A stretch of 64,000 bases of DNA from Camelus dromedarius. Its lineage: Eukaryota. The DNA lies in NCBI RefSeq assembly GCF_036321535.1, contig NC_087436.1, forward strand, positions 8,060,001-8,124,000, read 5' to 3'. A program made the translations under genes and the position numbers. This document shows, in pieces, positions 1-14,100 of the stretch (positions are counted from its first letter, which is position 1; each line of letters starts with the position of its first letter). Under the pieces are notes generated by a model. That model did not search any database. It was not told the origin of the DNA and was given only the letters and a program-made list of their open reading frames with translations.

Positions 1-920
1 TTGTGATGACTGGCTGTGGCTACTGGGGTGCACTGGACTGCAGGGTTGACCCCAGGATTGGCTGTGGGACCCTTTCATGGCTATTCCAACAAGCTGGTAG
101 CTGAGGCTGGTCCCTGGACAGCTGCTGGTTCTGGCTTCAGCTGCAGGCACTAGTGGGTGGGGCTGTCTGTTGGGTAGCTGCGAGGCCCTGCCAACACCTG
201 GGTGAGTGGGGCTTTCAGTAGGGCGCATGCACACCCTGGTGCTAGCAGGATAGAGAACTTCATGATGGCACTCGCCAGTGCTGGTGTTAGCAAGGCAGCC
301 TGAGATTGCAAAAATAGCTCACATCAGTGTCTCAATCCCCAAGCAGCATCCCGACTGGTTCCTGCTTCTCCAGAAGACAGTTTGTAGACCAGTTCCTAGG
401 CCCCCTTCATCTACAGTGTGCACACAGTCTTGCCAGCCTGGGGTTTTGGGCTGGTTTCAGGCTGAGTGGCTTTGCATGCAGGACCTTTAGAAGTGCGTTT
501 TTCATCTCCTGAAGTTCTGACGTTTTCTTAGGCGTCTTCCCCAGTGGTTCCCAGTCAGCTGTTTGGAAAGGCGCATCTCCCCTGCACAGGATTCAGGGCT
601 TGGGGCACCCGATGTGGAGCTCGAACCCCTCGTTCCTTAGGGAAAATATCTGTGCCACTGTGGTCCCTCCCAAGTGTGAACTGCCACAGTTGGGGTTTGG
701 TTTTTATCTGCCAGATCACATCTCTGCCTTTCCTGACCATTTCGATGCTGCACTTTTAACCTGTGTTGTGCAGACTCTGTGATTCAGTTTTCAAGTCCCC
801 TTCTGAGGAAGTAATTCCAGATGGAGATTTAGAGTTTGTTGTGTGATAGAGATTTGGAATTTGTTGTGTCTACGGGGGGACATGAGGGCAGAATCTTCCA
901 GCACTGCCATCTTGAACCCT
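1..920 (-). mobile_element. L1 (LINE-1) 5'UTR, antisense, running off the left edge
   Basis: GC-richer block ending in gccatcttgaaccc. Its reverse complement gggttcaagatggc carries the YY1-type AAGATGGC start typical of mammalian L1 5' ends. Confidence 0.7.
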
Positions 921-929
921 TAAGAGTTC

Positions 930-1482
930 AGAAGACTTTTTAGATAAAGGACCAGATGATACTTTATCTACTTTATGTACATTTATTTTACATATTGAGT
1001 TTAATTTGTATATTTGTGTATATATTTAATTTATGTTTTTCCAAATCATTAGTATTGTAATTTCGTCAGTGGGTATTACAAGAGTAGGATTAGGCAATGT
1101 AGAATATACGGGAAATAGAGTTAACATCATGTATTTGAGTTTCTCCTGGCAAATATATTCATATTTTTGTCTTGCAAATTTTAATAGCCATGTGTTTACA
1201 TACATACTCCTGTTAATAGCAGAATCAGCATTAAGCTAGTCTCTCCTAGAGAATACAAATATATAAGATAAATAATTATAAATATTAGAAGCATATTTAT
1301 TGTATGTTAGGCTTTACAAGCCATACGGGGTCTGTTGCAACCGCTCAGCTCTGTCACTGTAATGGGAAAGCAGATCTAGACAGTGATGACCAAGTGGGTG
1401 TGACTGTGTTCCCATCAAACTATTTACAGAGACAGGTGGTGGGGACAGGATTTTGCCCACAGCCTGTGGTTTGTCACCCCTG
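930..1482 (+). mobile_element. MER58-type hAT-Charlie DNA transposon split by an AT-rich insert (~960-1290)
   Basis: 5' part acttttttagataaaggaccagat at ~935. Remainder ggctttacaagccatacggggtctgttgcaaccgctcagctctg...gggtgtgactgtgttcccatcaaactatttaca...tttgtcacccctg matches the recalled MER58A consensus. Confidence 0.75.
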
Positions 1483-3699
1483 GTCTAGGTGGACACAAAA
1501 GAAAAGTGTTCAGTTTAAATAGTTAAACTGAGTCTGCCGTGTGACTTTGGATGGCAAGAAAAACACTTACAAGATCCAACTTATTTAATGTAGTTATGTG
1601 GACAACTGCTGTATTTCAATTGACCTCTAGTACCACAAAGGAGAGTTAAATGCATTGGGAGACCGTGCTTCTCAAAGGCCTTTAGTGTTAACTCAGCACA
1701 ACTGAAGGTCTTTGAAGGAAGGTTTCACAGTCACAGCCATTCTTTTGGTCTTTATTTGCATAATATTTGCCCTCAGTCTTATAGAGGTTAGATTTTTCAA
1801 ACACTGTGCAATAAGGATTATTGTTTCCAGAAAGGATTTTTAAAATCCCTTCCAATAAAATTTCAATGATAAAAACCATTCCATCAGATAATGTACTTGG
1901 GCATAAAAGAAAAAAAAAAGTGGAAAAGGAACAATTATCTGCGACCTTGCTCTGTATTATTCTAGTTCAGAAAAATAGTTTCTGAAATGCTTAGAGACTT
2001 GTTTAATGCTAAAATAATTTTTACGATAAATATTATTGAGACTTATTAGGTTTGCCTTTAGGGAAATGCCATCTGATGGCAATAAATGTTCACTTTTGGC
2101 AAAATCAACTCTGTTTCTGACCATTTAAGGGATAGCGACACACTTTTAAGCCTGCACACATTTTTGAATTGAAACATGCTAATCTAATTTACGTGTTAGA
2201 AATTCACTAGGAGAAAATAGCTTAATGTTGATTCTACTATTAATATGAATGTTTATGACTATGTATTATAATATATAGGCATTAAATTTTTAGTGACAAA
2301 AATATGAATCTATTTGTGTATGAGAAAGCTCAAACACAATGTTAACTCCATTTCCTATTTATTTTGCATTATGTAGTCCCATTCTTTTACTACCATGTGG
2401 ACTAATTTACAATGCCAACAATTAGGAAAATAAAACAAACAAAAGCAAACACTCCTAATCTCTCATTCCTTAATATTCATTAAATAAACACACGACAAAG
2501 CTCCTAGTCTGTCCACATCATGAGCTGAATGATGATTGTGTTTGGAGAAATATACATCTTTCCCTGTGATGCTCTAAATGAAAAGAGAACAGTCCTTTGC
2601 ACTTAATCAAAATAATGGGTAACAAATAGTGATTATTATGAAAAGAACATTTCAACCAATCCAGAAATATAGCTATCTAGGGACATGATTTCCATTTCGA
2701 GAGACGAAACGGTGTCTCCATGGTCATTGTGTTAAATCATGTTATTTCTAAGGTCACAGAACCAATACAACAGCAGGAAAAGTTAATGATGTTGAACAAG
2801 TATTATAATTTAATGGCTATATTCACAGATCTCCATCTATTTAGCAGCCAAACTATTCACTGAAGCCATTGTCATTTTTATTTGCATTTTGATATATTAA
2901 TTAAAGTTCAATATTAATTGCATGCTAGTACGTCCACTTCTTTGAGCTTTTTCCCCCCTCCATTACAGTAGTTCTGGTTCTGTGTAAACTGGGCACTTTC
3001 TTTTGTTAAGCATCCAAGTCGCCATCTCCCTGGACCCTTGTTAAGCAGTTAGATATTGTGATACGGGGCTGTGCCACAGATCAGTCCTGCAGGCTTGGAG
3101 GGTCCAGGAAAATCTGGCAATTTAATTTTCTTTAAAAATCTCTCTCTGTGTATACCCCCATCCCAAATCTCAGTATTCCAGTATTTCCCTCTAATGGTCC
3201 TGATGGATAACAGAGCAACCCCGAGTCTGGGAATTCAGAACTTGTGACACTCTGCCACTCTAACAAATTAGGTCAAATGTGTGGCTTTCAGCTTGGTTGG
3301 CCTTCCATCTGCAACAGCTGAGTGTCCCTTTGGTGATGCCCTGGAACCCCGTGGCACATAGACTTGGCTTTAATTTGCTGCTTAATTGATCTAAGCCTGC
3401 CTTTTTATCTCTGAAGTGTATCAGTGTCATCTATTAAAAGCCACCCGTTTTTACATTGCTTTATGTGTGCTATTACCTACATCCCCCTCAAGACAAGGGA
3501 TAACGTTCAAGCTAGTGTATCTCTATACCTGCAGTCCACGACGGGTCTCCCCAGGTGAAAAGTGCATCACGAAAAATAGGATTGATAGCCCTCTTCTTTA
3601 CTCAGCTAGTGATGGGAGCCTCTTTGCAGTCCAGCTGAAGAATGACCTATTCCCAGATCAATGCCATCTTTAGAGTTTGATTCGTAAGCCTTTGTCAGA

Positions 3700-4110
3700 G
3701 ATTAGTTGTATCAGGTCAGACTCCTCAGCAGTCCAGTTTGCGGATTATTGTGAATGGGATCTGTTGCAGGTGGTGCTTTGAGACAGGGAAGTAACAGAAG
3801 CAGGATGGAGGAAGAGAGATAACTAAGAAGGTCTTGTCTGGAGAATAGCATCCTTCTGGTCCCACAAGGAGATCCCAACACAGGCTTTTCACATTTTGAG
3901 ACCAAGGAAGAACTTTTACCATTTCAGTCATTTGCTGGGCATTGAGAGCCCGGACATGGTGCTGGGGGCTTCACTTCCCAGGATAGCTTATCCCAGTTAG
4001 ACTGAGAGTGCTCTTCTAGAGAAGGGGTATCTGTCAGCCCTAGCAGCCAACATTCACAGCATCCGGGAGATGGGTGCACAGCCAGTGGAGGAGGATCCCA
4101 CAACACACCC
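3700..4110 (-). mobile_element. Solo ERVL LTR, LTR33-like
   Basis: ctagcagccaacattcacagcatccgggagatgggtgcac...ggatc is the reverse of the LTR33 5' motif gatcc...gtgcacccatc...gctgtgagtgttggctgcta. Confidence 0.65.
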
Positions 4111-4905
4111 CAAAGCCTTCATTTCTGAGAACGTTTTGGCCATTGGATACAGGACAGGAAATCACGTCAAACAATCTTCTCAGAAAGCAGGTGGAAGAAA
4201 GAAAATCTCCAGTAAAATTTTCCAGAGTTCAGGCTGAATCCCAAAGATGTGAGTCAATGGGGGTCCAAAAAATAATAGCATAGATTCAAAGATGAAAATA
4301 ATTGTAAGTACTAGTAATTGATTTTTAAAAACACTACAGACTCTCATTAAGTATGTAGAACGTTACATCACTTTTCCCCCAATATTCCCCTTCATCTGTT
4401 CGCATATTGTGATTATTACCACAGACATATAGTGAGTGGCAATTGGGTACTATTCACTATTACAATTACTGAGACAAAAGTGGTAAACAACACGCCTGTC
4501 CTTGTGTGGTTTGCAGGACAGGAGGTGTATCTTTAAGGACCAATTTCAGTCGTAAATGGGATAGAGTACTGACAAGTCTATGAATGGAGAAAACTCAGGT
4601 AGAAAGACACCCAGAGGAAGAACGTGTCAGTCTTACGGAGGAGGATGATGAAGGTCATTAAAAATCAAATGGCATTTTAAATATATGTTGAAAAATAAGA
4701 CTGATATTCGAGCTAGTCAAATTATCTGGAGGGGAAAACAGAAAAAAAAAATTTCTAGGAGAAGTTTTCTTCATGAATAAGGAATCGCACCCATAGAAAT
4801 AATACTAGTTTTTATTCTTTAATTAACCTGTAAACCATGTCTTACAGAGGCCTCCACTTACAGAGCGTACTTCATACGCTCCTTCCTTCCTTCATTTATT
4901 CATTT

Positions 4906-5040
4906 TTCTTTTATTTTTCTTTTGTTTGAGGTAATTAGGTTTATTTATTTATTTTAGTTTTTAATGGAGGTACGGGGGATTGAACCCAGGACCTCATGCA
5001 CGCTAAGCACGTGCTCTACCCCTGAGCTATACCCACCCCC
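4906..5040 (-). mobile_element. tRNA-Ala-derived camelid SINE (vic-1 type)
   Basis: Reverse strand reads gggggtgggtatagctcaggggtagagcacgtgcttagcgtgcatgaggtcctgggttcaatccccc (A box, B box) followed by an A-rich tail. Flanked by the direct repeat ttattcattt. Confidence 0.9.
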
Positions 5041-5977
5041 ACTTATTCATTTATTTTTCAACTCTGACATACAAAGGACATTTTAATATGCTTATGTTTT
5101 AATGAGGTTTGGATTTAATGGAAAAGTTATTATAATTAATCAGTGTATGAAACCAGTTTTTTAATTTTATACCCATTTTTAAGTGGTACTAGCAATCCTG
5201 TAACTCTGAGCATGGCAGGTAAACCCAGTTGGTCTTCCTTAATACCTGGAACAAAATGATCACTTGGAAAATCATTTCCAAGCCTGCTGTGTAGTGAAAC
5301 TCAAAAAAGCTCAGAAAACGGGCGTGTTTCCTCGCTGTTGGCCACAGAGACACCACGGCAATTTCAGGGATTCGGGATCAGAGCTCTGATACTGTTTGCT
5401 CTGACCTCACAAGTAAATTCTCAGAACGGGTCTCTGTTTAAGAAGAAATAAGATCATCTTTCTTGTTTTTGCCCTGGATAATTCACAGAGAAGTATTTGT
5501 GTCTTAAGGAGATTTGTTTGCAACAGATACTGTTTCAGTGATTTGATGAGAGGAAAATTGATGTTGACTGTGAATAGGCATCAAATAACTACAAATCATT
5601 CTAATTAATAAATTACTATTATTTGCAACATAGTTTGATATGTATTATTTAATATTTTATCCCCAAATGCTGTGTAAACCAGCCTGGGTGACAAACTGCC
5701 TCTTGCCCCTCACCGTGTTCTTTGCCCCTTTATGATTCCTGCTGGGTTATTTACATTACGTCCATGACAAATTGACTCAGAGTTGATAAATCACACTGGT
5801 TATTCCAAAAAAAATTTTAAAGTAGTTAAAGTAATCAGACAATGACATTGACTAGAGCAAAAATTCTACTCTGTTTATTTTTGTCAGAGACCTTCCTCTA
5901 ACATTTTTCTTCATGTTTTCTCAAATTACTTTGGTGTGAATGCTTTAGTTTAAATTGCCACTTCTCTTCTGAAGCCA

Positions 5978-6245
5978 GGCATCAAAGATCACATGTTGTA
6001 TAATTGATTTTACATGATACACCCAGAATAAGCAAACCCGTAGGGACAGAAAGCAGATTTGTTGTGACCATGGGATAAGACAGGTAGGAACAGAAGTAAT
6101 TACTTATTATGCAGGATGTTTTTTGGTGTGATGGGAAAGTTTGAAACGTAGAGAGAGGCAGTGGTTTCATACTATTGTGAATGAACTGGACGCTACTGAA
6201 TTGCAGATTTTATAATGTTTAACATATGTGAATTTCAAGTAGAAA
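5978..6245 (+). mobile_element. Old L1 (L1MB/L1MC-like) 3' end
   Basis: gtagggacagaaagcagatttgttgtgaccatggg...tgatgggaaagtttgaaacgtagagagaggcagtggtttcatactattgtgaatgaact...actgaattg, the typical L1M 3'UTR terminus. Confidence 0.75.
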
Positions 6246-7989
6246 AAGAATATATATATGGAAGTTTATCAACTAGTTCAATTAAAGTTAGTTATCTCAA
6301 AGGTCACTTTTCTTCACCCTTACCTTCTTTAATTACATCAGTCATGTGAAAAAAAACTCAGAATTTGTTCTTAAATACAGCAATATTATTTTTTCGGTGT
6401 TTTTTGACACCACCTTGTCTCTCCGTTTCTGTTTTTATCATACAAAGTCTTATAAAATACAATCCTCCTACCGCTTTCCCAAAGAGAATATTCTTGTTTA
6501 TTTTTTGACTTGCCTATTCACTGTCATTTGGAAAATTCCTGTCACTCAATTTCCAAAATTCTAATCGTTTCTTTGAGTTCCCTGTTTTCTTAAAATTATG
6601 CTGTGAAAATACCTATCCTTTCCTGTCATTCATACCTTATCATCTCTCCTTTTAAATTCATCTAGGGACCCCTCTTTGTCACATACTATTTTAAAGTCAG
6701 ATCTCTGCATTTTGTGTAAATATGATGTATTTTGACAGAAGCCTTCATTCAAGAGTTCAAGGGAGTGCAGATACCTGAGTAGAGTTATACATAATACAAC
6801 AGTTTATTTTAGAATAATGTCTGAAGTCATCAGGCAATGTATTAACACGATTTAATTGAGTACCTACTATGTACCTAATTTATCCTGGACTAAGTAACCA
6901 AGTAGGACAGGGGCTAAAACTAAAATGATGCAAAACAATTACAGAAAAGGATAATTGTCTTTCAGAGCAGTTTGACTTCTGAACTTGACATTGATAAAAA
7001 TGCTATTTTCAAGGAGGCAAATATGTTTCCTTTTTTGAATAGTAAACTCTTTGCAAGTTACTATTTATATGTAAGAAGTATAGATCAGGTGACAGGTTGG
7101 AGACCAGTTTGCCAACTAATTCCCAGCTGAAATAGACAGGTAAGGAAATGTAAATAACATTGCCTGAGGACCCACAAGATACTTATCTTCGTAATAGGAA
7201 TCTTTTGTATGTAATAAGCGTAACTTGGGTGAAACTGGACACTGGAGATTTTATGTTTTGTTTTTAATTTTTCAATTGACAAGGAACCTAAAAAGTGAAA
7301 TATAATCTGACAGTTTCTGGTTCCATATTCTGTTTCCCTTCAGTGAGATGAAGGACTTGTTCCACTTTGAGAAACACCAGTTATTCTCAGAAAAGAGCAT
7401 GTGCACTATGTGTACCTATGCAAAAATACATTAAAGATATTCTCTAAAATACAGACGTTTCAGGATAAAACATGGCAAAAGAAACTAACTATCTCTAATA
7501 CAGCCATCATGCCTACCAATGTACAAGGTTGTTATGGGCAGGTGATTTTTAGAAAATATCTTCATTTATCATGCCTTCACATGACTGCAGTATTCTTGGC
7601 AAGTTGGATACGGATTTCCCTGGTTTAGGATTGTTTTGTTGTTGTTCAGTTGTTCGCTTGTAACTTTCTTGCATTTATGCAGCATGAGGGTAGAGAGTTC
7701 TTTAGAATGTGCACACATGCGTTTTAGCCATGTCATATTGTGATGGAGGCAGAAAGGGACTGACTGAGAACGTTGTGGCCTCAATCCAGACTATTTCGTC
7801 TCAGTGTTAATGTTTCGGTTACATGGCTCAGGAAGTACTAGCTTTAGACTGTTTCACTTTCTTGTATTTTTATGCAGGCTAACGGAGAAGATTAGCCATA
7901 CATTGAGGATGAATGGTTCTTGACTGAAATAAATGTTTCTCATTTGTCCCCCTAGAAGTCAGCCTGGGGCACTTCCCGCAAGCTGACAG

Positions 7990-8135
7990 ACTGTATGTAC
8001 ATTTCTTGTTATTGACTAGCTCTCTCTACCACTCAGTGAGGGACTTACACACTTTATTCACTCCTGTATTCCCAGATCTAAAATAATACCAACTCCTGCC
8101 TAGACACTCAAAAATGTATTCTTAAATGAATGACT
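7990..8135 (+). mobile_element. L2 3' end
   Basis: tttattcactcctgtattcccag...tagacactcaaaaatgtattcttaaatgaatgactga, the L2 terminal motif with a tgaa-repeat tail. Confidence 0.6.
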
Positions 8136-8206
8136 GATGTGAGAATTAAATGGCACATTGCCCTAAATCTGCTTCTTTCTTTCTTATTTTTTATTTTATA
8201 TTGTAG

Positions 8207-8305
8207 AAGAAACAAAGATGAATGTTTCCAATTTTTTTTTCCAAATATGGTATTACCAGAACTGGAAAGCTTTAGAAAATGTGCAGATTATTCAATGAAA
8301 ATACA
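8207..8305 (+). CDS. Candidate internal coding exon of an unidentified host gene (RNKDECFQFFFPNMVLPELESFRKCADYSMKI), phase 2-2
   Basis: Branch-like cctaaat and a ~30-nt polypyrimidine tract before tgtag|, and an ACA|gtaagt donor. Length 99 nt (multiple of 3), exactly one open frame, unique sequence. Confidence 0.45.
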
Positions 8306-11300
8306 GTAAGTTGAGACTTGGGTGTGTTGGAGTTTGGGAGACAGTAGGGTGTCAAAGCAGAAATCAGAAAACAACTGCTAATGTGATTGTGCTGGAAACA
8401 CGTGGGGCTAATATGTAACTCCCTAAATCTTCTTATTTTTCAATATCATTTACTTCTTTTTTCAATCAATTATATTTAAGTTTAAAAGAACTGCCTCTAT
8501 GGGAATAAAAACTGGAAGTATGGATCCAAGGTTAAGAATTATGAAAGTAGGTTTATTTTTAAGCATGTTGGCCCTGTCCCTCCCACCAAGGAACAATATG
8601 TAATCAATAAACAAAACAAAAGGCAAATACTCTATGCAGGAACCAAGACCAAGATAATTATAATAGCGGCAGAAGGGTCCCTAACAGCTAACTCAAGCCT
8701 AACCTGATAGTGATCACTTGTTACCACCACATCATGCCAAATTTTCCGAAAGTCTGTTCACATCAGTATTTTTAAATGTCATGCTTCAGAACCTTCATTT
8801 AAAAAGGTTTCCATTGCAGTGAAATGGACAAACTCTGGGGAAACAGGGTGAGTTCTGGACTCCTCTGCTAGGTCCGAAGTTCCCAAACCACTGTATCAGG
8901 AAAGATCCGGATAAGGGAGCTCAACAGACAGTCATGGAGGACACATTTTGCACAAGTCCTGTGATTGTGAGGTGTTCATAGTTACATTTACAGAGAGACA
9001 GACAGAACTGAATTCCAAGAATCCAACACAGCACACAGTGTTTGCAGTTCAAGGGAGAGTACCCAGTCTGTCTCCCAGAAGGAGGTGAGGTTTCACAAGA
9101 TCCAAGTCGAGCCCAGTTCTGGACACACCTGGGAGGTACCTGCCAGCAAAGGTGAACTGAGGATCGCGGGGCTGAGATAACCCTCTTTGAAACCGCTGTT
9201 CTAGAAATCGAAATAATCCTAAGGAGTCAAAGGAGTTGAATTTTCCACTTGAGGTCAATATTTGAGGAGAAAAAGTTGAGACTGAAAAATTGAACTAAGG
9301 TAGAATTTGAATTTAGGACTCCCTTGAAATAAAACCGTTATTGATGACAACCAACGTGATAGGTAGGTTTAAAATGGAAGATTGTGATTTTTATTAAATG
9401 TCAAGTGTAGTTCATAGAAAGGAATAAACTACATTCAAAATTATAGATAGTATAATACATCACAAAAATGCAATTTATAAAGAGATCGATACCATTGGAT
9501 TTTTCTTTTTCTATAACCAATGAAAACCTTCTGGAAATCCATTTTTTACAAGAAAACTTACTTAAGATTTTATGTGGTTTCTGGTTTTACGCCATGAGAT
9601 AATAATTATTTCTTAAATGACCGTCCCAGGTGGTGGTGTTCTTTCTACTGCTCTGGAATGTGTTAGTCCAGATCATGTTCAGTATTCATTGTTGCAAGAC
9701 AGAGACACTTTTTTTGAAGGAAAAACTTGTGTGTCTACCTGTAGTTGGAAGATAGTCTTCTTTCTTCTTCTGTCAGACTGAAGAAGAAAGATTCCTTCTT
9801 CTCTTTGTCTATAGATGATCGTGTTATCATAATACACCGTTTCACATAAAAAATACTAGGTTGTGATGCTGTCTTTCTAATTATCAAGAGGTTTAATTCA
9901 TAGCCGTGTTTACTCCAATAAAAGTTGTCTGCGACGGGCACTGATTCTGGAGACTGACACACAAAATGTAGTAACCATGGTGAGAGGGAAAAAGGCTTAA
10001 AAATTCCTATTAACTGTAACACTTCCAGAGAGTTAAGCTCTCCATACAAATTAAATGCACCACAATTAATTACTTTCTGCCTCATTTACAACAATAACCA
10101 CATTTCAGTTCTCGAGCAAGAACAAGCATCGTATAATTGCAAAATAAATATTCTCCGTATGTCTTTTACAAGAGACATTACATGTCTTTGTACCGCCGTT
10201 TATCTTCATTTACATACTTGTTAAAATCACAGGAGATAATGTGCACTCTAGACACAGACACACAGTTTCGGGTGTCTGAAATGTGGTTTGTAACAATGAG
10301 CCAGAAGGGACTCTTTCATTTTGATCACCAAAAGAGGTGACACACGGTTATGCAAAAGATACACCCATAATATTTCCTATGGTTAGTTTTGTTATCATTT
10401 TATGAATCTACATTATTTCAAGTGGTGCACAGGAAGGACGGTTTGTTTTGCAGTTTTCCATCCACTAAGACTCAATTCCAAGAGGTCACTTTCTTGCATG
10501 ACTCTGAATTCCGACATTTATATGATGTGATAGGCATCGGAGGACCTGGTGAGAAAATAAAGAGGAAGGACAGAATTGCCCAAGAGAGATGGCAGAAAAC
10601 ATGACGACATTGAAGAACCCAGGGTCCCCAGACAGACAGATGAATATAGGGAGATAGGTAGGAAGATAGAATTTACGTAAAGAATATACCTGCATGCACA
10701 CCACACACACACACACAATACATATAATGTTCATTGAAGAGGATACATCATGTTTGAAAACTCAATACAGAACTCTATCAGATTGAAGTACAGTAGAAAA
10801 GACTCAGTTTTACTGAAGACAGTTTGTGTCCTTTCAAAAATATAAATGAATTAGGGACTGCAGTCCAAAATTATAAGAGCAAGAAATAAAGTAAAACTAT
10901 TTTTTTATTATTCAGTATATGCTACTTCAAAAATTTCTGCCAACTTTACTTTCATTACTTTAAATATCAAAAGAAAAATATTTCTCCCTTAATGCCACAA
11001 GATTTCCATATATATCCTGAAGCATGTAATTTGTGTCCGTCAGGGTTTCACATGATTTATGTATCTTTCTCTGTAAATACATATTATATAGTTTTATGCA
11101 TACACACAAATATTATAAAATATGACCATACAGCAGACTAATAACAATGCTCCTCTAATATATTACTATGAATGATTGTGCAAATCTAGTATAAAATATG
11201 CTTTAAATTGTTTTGAAATTGTTGTGCTTCTGATGTTCAGTTTGCTTTTTACTAGTGTTGACTTCTTTTTCAGTATCTTATAGCTAATAACTTAAGCACA

Positions 11301-11869
11301 TTTTAATGCTTTGTATAAATTCCTAGAATGACAATGAGGATACTTACTTTTAATATGTACTGCCAAGCGATATACTCACGTTTTAGCAATTTTACATAAC
11401 GTTTTCATATGTGATTATCTATTTCTCTATGCCCTGGATATCATAGGTTTTAATATTTTTAAATGATAAAAATAAAAGAAAGAATAAAACTTCAGCAATT
11501 TAAGGGGCATAACTTGTAGTTTGAAAAGGCATAAGTGGCATTTGGAGATGTAGTTAGTGAGGCTGAACATTTATTGTATGTTCATTAGCTATTTGCATTT
11601 TTCTCTTATAAATTATACTGTAAAGTCTTTTTCCTGTTTTCTTTCTAACTTGCTCCCATTTTTCTTATATCTCTATAATAGCTCTTAGCATCATTGAGAA
11701 CACAGAAATAATTAGTCATAATAATTACATTTCATCACTTTATTTTTCTAAAACTTTAAGAAGACGTATATTTATTTTTGCAATGATTAAAAATCTTACA
11801 GCCCAATGTGCTAAATAGAATCTTGACAACTTAATTAATTCCTATCATTCTGTTTTGTTTGTACTTTTG

Positions 11870-12300
11870 AAATCTATTTTACATACAGTAAACTGCACCC
11901 ATTTTCAGTGATATCCTCAAGAAGCGTTTAGAAAGGTACGCACTGACAGCGCAGCCACCGCGATCAAGCTGTAGGAAGTTCCTCCACTCCAGAAATTTCC
12001 TTCATGCCTGCTTGTGCCTAACCATTATCTCAGTCCTAGGACCCAGGCATCTATTGACCTAGTTTTTCATACTGTAAGTTGATTAATTTTGCCTTTTTAA
12101 GATCTTTGTACAAATGTATTCATAAGTACTCTTTGGTGCGTGGCTTTTTTCACTCAGCGTAAGGTTTTTAAGACTTAGCCACGGTGTTATGTGTGTAACT
12201 TTATTTCTTTTAATTGCTGACTACTATTCCATTATGGGACTGTACAAACTGTTTATCATTAGCATGCTGATGGACATCGTGTTTCTTATTTGGGCTATTA
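11870..12300 (-). mobile_element. Old L1 (L1MB/L1ME-like) 3' end
   Basis: acatacagtaaactgcacccattttcagtg...tttttcactcagcgtaaggtttttaagactt...aattgctgactactattccatt. Confidence 0.75.
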
Positions 12301-13564
12301 GCATTTTATCGTTTTCTGTTAAAATAATAAATTAAATTGTAAACAGACAAAAGCATACCAAAAACTTTAAGGGGTACAATTTAGAAAGGCAGGCATATCT
12401 ACACTTTGATTTTACCAATCAGTGAATTTTACCAGTTTACTGGAATTCATTTCTATCATGTAAATGATACCATACCTGTGACTGGGGCGGCGTGGGGAAC
12501 AACAGATTAAAATAATTAGTTCAAAATCAAAGATGTTTTAAAATATGGAAACATTGCCTAGTGTTATTTATGAGTCTTTTTTAGATCCATTAGGTCTACG
12601 TTTTTTTGACAGATTGCAATGACAATTTACATTTAGAGGTAGAATCCTAAAAGATACTGTCTAGAACACAAATCACTTCCTTCTGAATGCTGAATACCTT
12701 TGTACTTAATTTAGCATCCCTCAAATGCCCCGCACTTTTCTCTCCTTCCCATGGAAGCCATGTGATTGCTTCTGGGAGGAGGGAAAACATCTGCAGGAGA
12801 AAGGAACTGTGAAATATCCATTTCTTACCACATTTTCTCATGTCACATTTTATAATCTTATTCTTGGCAACTCAAGACACCATATGGGGGCTGGATTGAG
12901 TCACTATAAAATTAAGAATCACAGAAATAACATTACATATGTATTTGTATAGTTACTATGTTTTCATTTTTCTCTTATCTTTCCAGTGCTGTTTATAAAA
13001 TCACAGACTATCATTTCAAGATGTTTTAGTAAACAGATTTTTGATTCTTATATAGAAGCAATTAGCTATACAAATAATGACATTTGTTAGAAGGAAAATC
13101 ATACCTCTATTTTGAAAAGATATTGGAGGGCTGTGAGTGAAATATATGATCTCCTTTAGAACAAATGTATAGCTGTTCTTGGAAAAAATAAAATCACAAC
13201 AATGTGAACACTAAATTTGTAATATGAATTACAGTAAAAATGTATCTATTCTATAAAAAATAAAATATAAACATTTTAGAGAAATTATAAAAGTAAACTA
13301 AAATGTGCTATTTTCTAAAGACCTAAACATACTTAATAATTACCTTAATTCAAAATATGCTTACATATTTGGGAAGAGAAAAGTATGTATGTCAAGGCTT
13401 TTGCCCCCCAAGAAAAGATTTACGCTATCAACAAAAAAACTGGGTGGTGATTTTGAAGCACAGAAGTTACAAATATTTGTTGATGTCTGCCTCTCCATTG
13501 ATATCAACTTATTATTTTCTTTTTGTGAAACTGTCTTTTGAAAACGCATTTAAAGCTTAATGAG

Positions 13565-14100
13565 CAGAGTTCCAGTTTCAGCTCTGACCTGTAAAAAGCC
13601 CATCACTTCCACTGTTACAAGCGAAAAGCTAAACAAAATGAAAATGAGCCACTTTTCTTTGATCCATCAAATAATTGATATTATACAGCAAACCACCACC
13701 TCAAAATATGGTCCCAGGCAAAACAGAGACTTATGTTGGAGAACTGGTTGAAGCCACAGTCCTGCATGACATGAACCGATAACAACATTCAGATGAGCAT
13801 TTTCACACGTTGCTGGAGGCTGAGTATGGATGAGTGTGAGACTGAGAAATTCCTGTTTACTCAGGGTTTCTTTTTACCTCCCGGAACCCCACTGGTTTCC
13901 CAAGGTTTAGAGCCAAGACAAATCCCTGTGTGTTTTGAGCAGGGAGAGGGTAAAGCAACCATTCTGAAACATGTCCAGGGTGTTCTCCATAAGGAAGGTC
14001 TGCTCTCCAAGTGAAATTACTTAACCAGAGTCTTATCTTCTGGGAGGATGGGCAGTTAGCCAACACCACCTCCCTTCAGTGTTCCAGTTTCCCCTAAGAG
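13565..14100 (+). mobile_element. Old L1M 5'UTR fragment
   Basis: agttccagtttcagctctgac...aaaagctaaacaaaatgaaaat...ttctttgatccatca...gcaaaccaccacctcaaaat resembles L1MC/L1MD 5' ends. Confidence 0.5.

Noticed and set aside
4960..5040. tRNA-Ala gene
   Set aside because: It has an A-rich tail, TSDs and mismatched stems, so it is a SINE and not a tRNA gene.
6966..7070. 105-nt open + segment between tttcag and gtaaga (SSLTSELDIDKNAIFKEANMFPFLNSKLFASYYLY)
   Set aside because: Phase 0-0 cannot join the 8207 candidate directly, and the pyrimidine tract is short. The stronger donor at 7139/7140 has stops in all frames upstream.
8640..9180. Possible terminal exon(s) after the 8207 candidate (e.g. ETDRTEFQES...IAGLR*)
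   Set aside because: Several equally weak acceptors give different peptides, and the region may be an old L1 5'UTR relic. It cannot be resolved from sequence alone.
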